Made by a program: the position numbers and the translations under genes. From assembly GCA_965246715.1 (NCBI GenBank), contig CBDFFH010000002.1, forward strand, positions 256,001 through 320,000: a stretch of DNA of 64,000 nt. Direction: 5' to 3'. Below the pieces are notes generated by a model. That model saw only the letters and a list, made by a program, of their open reading frames with translations. It had not been told where the DNA came from and ran no database searches. Positions 60,102-64,000 of this stretch are shown here, piece by piece. The stretch comes from Chamaesiphon sp. Its GTDB lineage: Bacteria > Cyanobacteriota > Cyanobacteriia > Cyanobacteriales > Chamaesiphonaceae. Position 1 is the stretch's first letter; every line of letters begins with the position of its first letter.

Positions 60102-61328
60102 TTACTTAGGGCGACGATTTTGCAAGAACGCAGGTAAGTCAGCGCCTGCATTTTGGGGTGGTTGAGGCTTAGGGAAACTATCGTTACCGACTGAAGCGCC
60201 AGACTGTTGCTTGCGAACTTGTGGCTCGACTGGCGCGGAAGCAGTGCGTGGGCTAGTACTAGTACTGCGCGAACGATTTGCTGGCTCGGTAATTTCACCA
60301 GTAAACCCGGTGGCAATCACTGTGATCCGCATTTCGCCCTGCATTTTATCATCGATCACCGCACCAAAAATAATATTGGCGTTGGGATCTACGACTTCAT
60401 AAATAGTTTCCGCAGCAGTATTGACTTCACTGAGGGTCATATCGGAACCCCCAGTGATGTTGAGTACTACCCCCCGCGCACCCTCGATCGACGATTCGAG
60501 TAACGGTGAATGAATTGCTTGCATTGCCGCTTCGCGCGCTCGGGATTTGCCAGAGCCTTCACCGATACCCATTAATGCCGACCCGGCATCTGCCATGACC
60601 GTGCGGACATCAGCAAAGTCAACGTTGATCAGTCCAGGGATAGTGATAATATCAGAAATTCCCTGTACCCCAGACCGGAGGACATCATCAGCGATCCGAA
60701 AAGCTTCCTGGACGGGAGTTTGTTCGTTGATTGCCTGCAAAAGTTTATCATTAGGGATAATGATCAGGGTGTCAACCTGACTTTGCAATCCACTAATTCC
60801 TTCCTCTGCTTGATTCGTACGGCGGCGACCTTCAAAAGTGAACGGACGCGTGACCACACCAACCGTCAATGCACCCATTTCCTTGGCAACCTCAGCTACG
60901 ATCCGTGCTGCACCAGTTCCAGTGCCACCCCCCATCCCCGCCGTAATGAATACCAGATCGGCTCCTTCCAATGCGTGCGCGATTTCTTCTCGGGATTCTT
61001 CCGCCGCTTTTTGACCGATTGCTGGATTACCACCAGCCCCGAGTCCGCGTGTCAGCTTTTGGCCTAATTGAATCCGCCGCGTTGCTTCTGAATGAGACAG
61101 AGCTTGTGCGTCAGTGTTCATCGTCCAAAATTCGATTCCCTCGATATCGCTGGCGATCATCCGATTTACTGCATTACTGCCACCGCCGCCAACACCGATG
61201 ACTTTGATGCGAGCTGCGCTGCTAAAAGTAAGATCGTCAGACATTCGTTCGTCCCTTGGTATGGTGTAGCTATCTTGGATCGAGTGGCTTTTGAATCCTG
61301 GGTAGGAGAGTGGACTGGAATTGTTCAT
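60102..61328 (-). CDS. ftsZ: Cell division protein FtsZ
   Basis: [31 protein letters not shown]-terminal DLPAFL. Confidence 0.98.
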   Translation of the reverse strand: MNNSSPLSYPGFKSHSIQDSYTIPRDERMSDDLTFSSAARIKVIGVGGGGSNAVNRMIASDIEGIEFWTMNTDAQALSHSEATRRIQLGQKLTRGLGAGGNPAIGQKAAEESREEIAHALEGADLVFITAGMGGGTGTGAARIVAEVAKEMGALTVGVVTRPFTFEGRRRTNQAEEGISGLQSQVDTLIIIPNDKLLQAINEQTPVQEAFRIADDVLRSGVQGISDIITIPGLINVDFADVRTVMADAGSALMGIGEGSGKSRAREAAMQAIHSPLLESSIEGARGVVLNITGGSDMTLSEVNTAAETIYEVVDPNANIIFGAVIDDKMQGEMRITVIATGFTGEITEPANRSRSTSTSPRTASAPVEPQVRKQQSGASVGNDSFPKPQPPQNAGADLPAFLQNRRPK

Positions 61329-61624
61329 ATGCTAGTTATTCGTGGGTGCGTTTAGAGCATAGTAACTCGCATTGTAGATTTTTTTTTGAAATTCCTCAGA
61401 TGATAATAAATACGCCCGACAGTTCGGTTTTTTGAATCTGACCCTGGTGAACCAGATTGCCGTGCCTACTTGCTAGGTAGACGATCGAACCGCTATAATA
61501 TAGAGATTATAGAAGGATTAACTCGGGCTTCAATTATCATCTGTACGGTACTATTGATGTACTAAGATGTAACTTTGAGCTGAGATCGCTACTTTTTGAA
61601 TAATTTTCCGATAAAGTCGACCGA

Positions 61625-62410
61625 TTACTTAAGTTGAAGTTTGGGTGCGTCAGGATTTCCTAAGTCGAGGTAGTCAACCCCAAGTGGATCGGTATAGTTT
61701 CGCCAGTTTCGCAGTCGATCGAGTTGTTGAATTTGACTGCTCAATCTAGATTCTTCACCAGAACTACCTAATCTTACCTTGCCTACTTCACTTTGTAAAA
61801 TCAAATTTTGAGGATTGCGACAATCGACAATTCCGATTGTAACAGGGCTAGTCCGAACGGCTCGATAGAGTTGCTGCCAGCCAGGACAATCACCACGAAC
61901 GGGTAGTCTCAATCGCAGTTTGGGTAGCGATTGTTGGACTAAGTATCGATAATTTGAAATTGGTTGCTGCCGTCCGCGCTCGTCCACAACTAGTTGTGAT
62001 TCAGTCGTTTCATCCTGCATAATCCGTGCGACAGGTGGGAGATCCTGCACCTGCACTAGTAAATGCGGCGGCAACACCCCCCGCTCGATCCGCGCACTCG
62101 AGATCGATCCTCGTTCGAGCATTTGTTCGGTCAAGCTTGCTGGCGCTAATTCAACAATCGATTGTGGATATTTAACCGCCAACATCGATCGAATCGTCCG
62201 ATCGGTAAGATATTGATTACCCTCAATCCGAATCTGTTCGGGTGTGGCAATCGTCCAATCGCTTCGTCGCTGTGCCACCCAAGCAACCCCAGTCAAAATT
62301 CCGCACATACAACCAAATCGCCAGATCGATTTGATGACTCGAATTCGTTGCTGCTGTCGCAATTGTCGGCGGCGTTGTTTTAGTTGTTCTGAAGATAAGG
62401 GTTGCTGCAC
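61625..62410 (-). CDS. ftsQ: Cell division protein FtsQ
   Basis: Basic N-terminus + TM segment + POTRA (IRIEGNQYL), YLDLGNPDAP; upstream of ftsZ. Confidence 0.85.
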   Translation of the reverse strand: MQQPLSSEQLKQRRRQLRQQQRIRVIKSIWRFGCMCGILTGVAWVAQRRSDWTIATPEQIRIEGNQYLTDRTIRSMLAVKYPQSIVELAPASLTEQMLERGSISSARIERGVLPPHLLVQVQDLPPVARIMQDETTESQLVVDERGRQQPISNYRYLVQQSLPKLRLRLPVRGDCPGWQQLYRAVRTSPVTIGIVDCRNPQNLILQSEVGKVRLGSSGEESRLSSQIQQLDRLRNWRNYTDPLGVDYLDLGNPDAPKLQLK

Positions 62411-62600
62411 GAGTAGGAGGTAGGGATAGTGGGCAGTGGACAGTGGCTAGTGGTTAGTAGCTGGTAAAAAACTGTGCGATTTGCTATTTTGACTGTGTAA
62501 GTTGTTACACTCCACTGGTGACGAGTTGTCTAACCAACACCAGAGCTACTAGCAGCTTGCGTAAATATAAGTCAATTTTTCTGTTCCCATCGCTAGCTAC

Positions 62601-62647
62601 TGTCTTGATGCGCTAAACCCTCGGGGAACCCGAGGAGCGCGCATCGC
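62601..62647 (-). repeat. 47-bp GCG(A/G)...CAAGACA mini-element
   Basis: Reverse complement nearly identical to 47949-47995. Confidence 0.8.
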
Positions 62648-62657
62648 TAGTAACTAA

Positions 62658-63782
62658 CTACTTCGGCACAAATTCTGTTCTTACCTGTTGCTTGTTATCG
62701 CTACTGACGACGATCGATTGGTCTTGCAATCTGCCGACACCGCGCGTACCAGTAAATTTGATGAGTGGAGCGATCTGTTGATAGACTACATTACCAGTTC
62801 CCACGATCTGTTGGGAAGTCATTTGCCAAACTAATCGATCGGCACGTAGCTTTGCTTGATTGCGGGTGGTCGCGCCGCGTACATTGCCTGTCAGCGTGGC
62901 AGTGGAGGCTTTGAGATCTAGTTCTCCAGCATTAGCATTAAATAGTGCAGCTTCTTTTTGGTGCAGAATCGTCAGCGGTCGATCGGTAGTTACCACTTCT
63001 CGATCGAAATTCCAGCTAAATGCGTCACCATTGACCTGAATTAGGGGATCTATGGCGTTGAGTTGCACCTTACCCTGTAAATTAACTACTTTGCGATCGA
63101 GTGCCGTATCGAAGCGATTAGCTGTGACTTGGGAAGTGATTTTTTGTGATTGATATCGCTGAATTTGCACGGGACGCTCGCCAATAACTTTTTGCTGCTT
63201 GACCAGCCAAGTCATCTGTTCGGTTTGCATCGCCAAGCGGGGGTCGTTATACAATCCCGTAATCTTACCGGAGAGATCTAGTTGCTGTTTGCGGCTAAAA
63301 TATTTGCCCTCACTAGCATTGGCCTGAAATTGGGGATGATTGGCTTGGACGCGATCGCGGATCGTTAACACATCTACTTTCGGTTGCCATTCGACCTCTT
63401 GACCGACGATCGTCAAATTATTGCGAGTTTCTTTGGCAATCACATCCCCATGCAAGACAAATTTGTCGCCGCCTTGCCCGATTTCGCCGGTTTTGGCAGT
63501 GACATGCAAAATGACTTGCCCATCCTGATAGAGGTCGCCATTTAAATTAGTAACCTTCGCAATCTTCCGATCGGGAGTATACTCGCCACGTTCGGCGCGA
63601 ACTTTCCACCACGGCTTACCCTGTTTATCCACTTGCTCGAAGCTGAGATTGTCTAGTTCTAGCTTTGCTTCGATCGGCGATGGCTTCGGACTATTAGTAG
63701 CTTGTGGTTTGGTGATAGAACACCCCCCCATCGCGCACATGCCGATCGCGCATACAAAACTTATACAGCGATATCCCTGCAT
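62658..63782 (-). CDS. lptC: LPS export ABC transporter periplasmic protein LptC (cyanobacterial long form)
   Basis: Lipobox-like MGGC, EQVDKQGKPWWKVRA, repeated beta-jellyroll segments. Confidence 0.75.
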   Translation of the reverse strand: MQGYRCISFVCAIGMCAMGGCSITKPQATNSPKPSPIEAKLELDNLSFEQVDKQGKPWWKVRAERGEYTPDRKIAKVTNLNGDLYQDGQVILHVTAKTGEIGQGGDKFVLHGDVIAKETRNNLTIVGQEVEWQPKVDVLTIRDRVQANHPQFQANASEGKYFSRKQQLDLSGKITGLYNDPRLAMQTEQMTWLVKQQKVIGERPVQIQRYQSQKITSQVTANRFDTALDRKVVNLQGKVQLNAIDPLIQVNGDAFSWNFDREVVTTDRPLTILHQKEAALFNANAGELDLKASTATLTGNVRGATTRNQAKLRADRLVWQMTSQQIVGTGNVVYQQIAPLIKFTGTRGVGRLQDQSIVVSSDNKQQVRTEFVPK

Positions 63783-63923
63783 TGATTAGATCTCCTGCCT
63801 AAGTTCGAGAATGCCATCGGCCTGTTTAGAAGCTATTAGTCTAGATCGATCGAGCGCGCTAAATAGTTGCCAATCGTGCCAGGAAATTGCAACGGTCGCC
63901 GATTCGATCGATCGTCCAACCGA

Positions 63924-64000
63924 TTAAGTCCAAAGATCGGGGGTAATCGATAAACTACTCCTAGGGGTTTTCTGGATCTCTTCTTTGACATTTTCCAAGT
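63924..64000 (-). CDS. 3' end of a gene running off the window, possibly a NYN/LabA-domain protein
   Basis: Manual translation ..LENVKEEIQKTPRSSLSITPDLWT*; family assignment is from recalled similarity and gene order only. Confidence 0.4.
   Translation of the reverse strand, partial: LENVKEEIQKTPRSSLSITPDLWT

Overview
Chromosomal window from a cyanobacterium. HIP1 (GCGATCGC) and its CGATCG core are very abundant, which suggests a Chamaesiphon-like organism (inference). In order, it holds: (1) an acylated amino-sugar/glycosylation cluster at 1-12.6 kb (rfbF, rfbG, C-methyltransferase, aminotransferase, GNAT, ACP, FabH, FabG, Rieske oxygenase, GT2-GT4); (2) housekeeping genes: SpoIID, B12 radical SAM, clpP, minCDE, tgt, glgB, nrdJ, two DUF1499, a response regulator, a frameshifted pyrF, an ars operon with operator, SUI1, ribD and a HAD hydrolase; (3) an accessory locus at 36.4-46.2 kb; (4) a GT-C glycosyltransferase and a nested MITE/ISAs1; (5) a 2624-aa multi-phosphatase with an upstream Pho box; (6) an SLH lipoprotein, an uncalled 44-aa ribbon-helix-helix gene, ftsZ, ftsQ and lptC. 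The accessory locus is the most interesting part. After removing four IS insertions, each with an intact target duplication, it reads on the + strand as: structured leader, retron-type reverse transcriptase, a ~550-700 nt structured ncRNA carrying 2-3 aberrant tRNA-like modules closed by a long-range stem, and a 646-aa repeat-expanded SPFH/slipin gene. The window also contains several tiny nested mobile repeats. All calls were made by eye from motifs; no searches were run.
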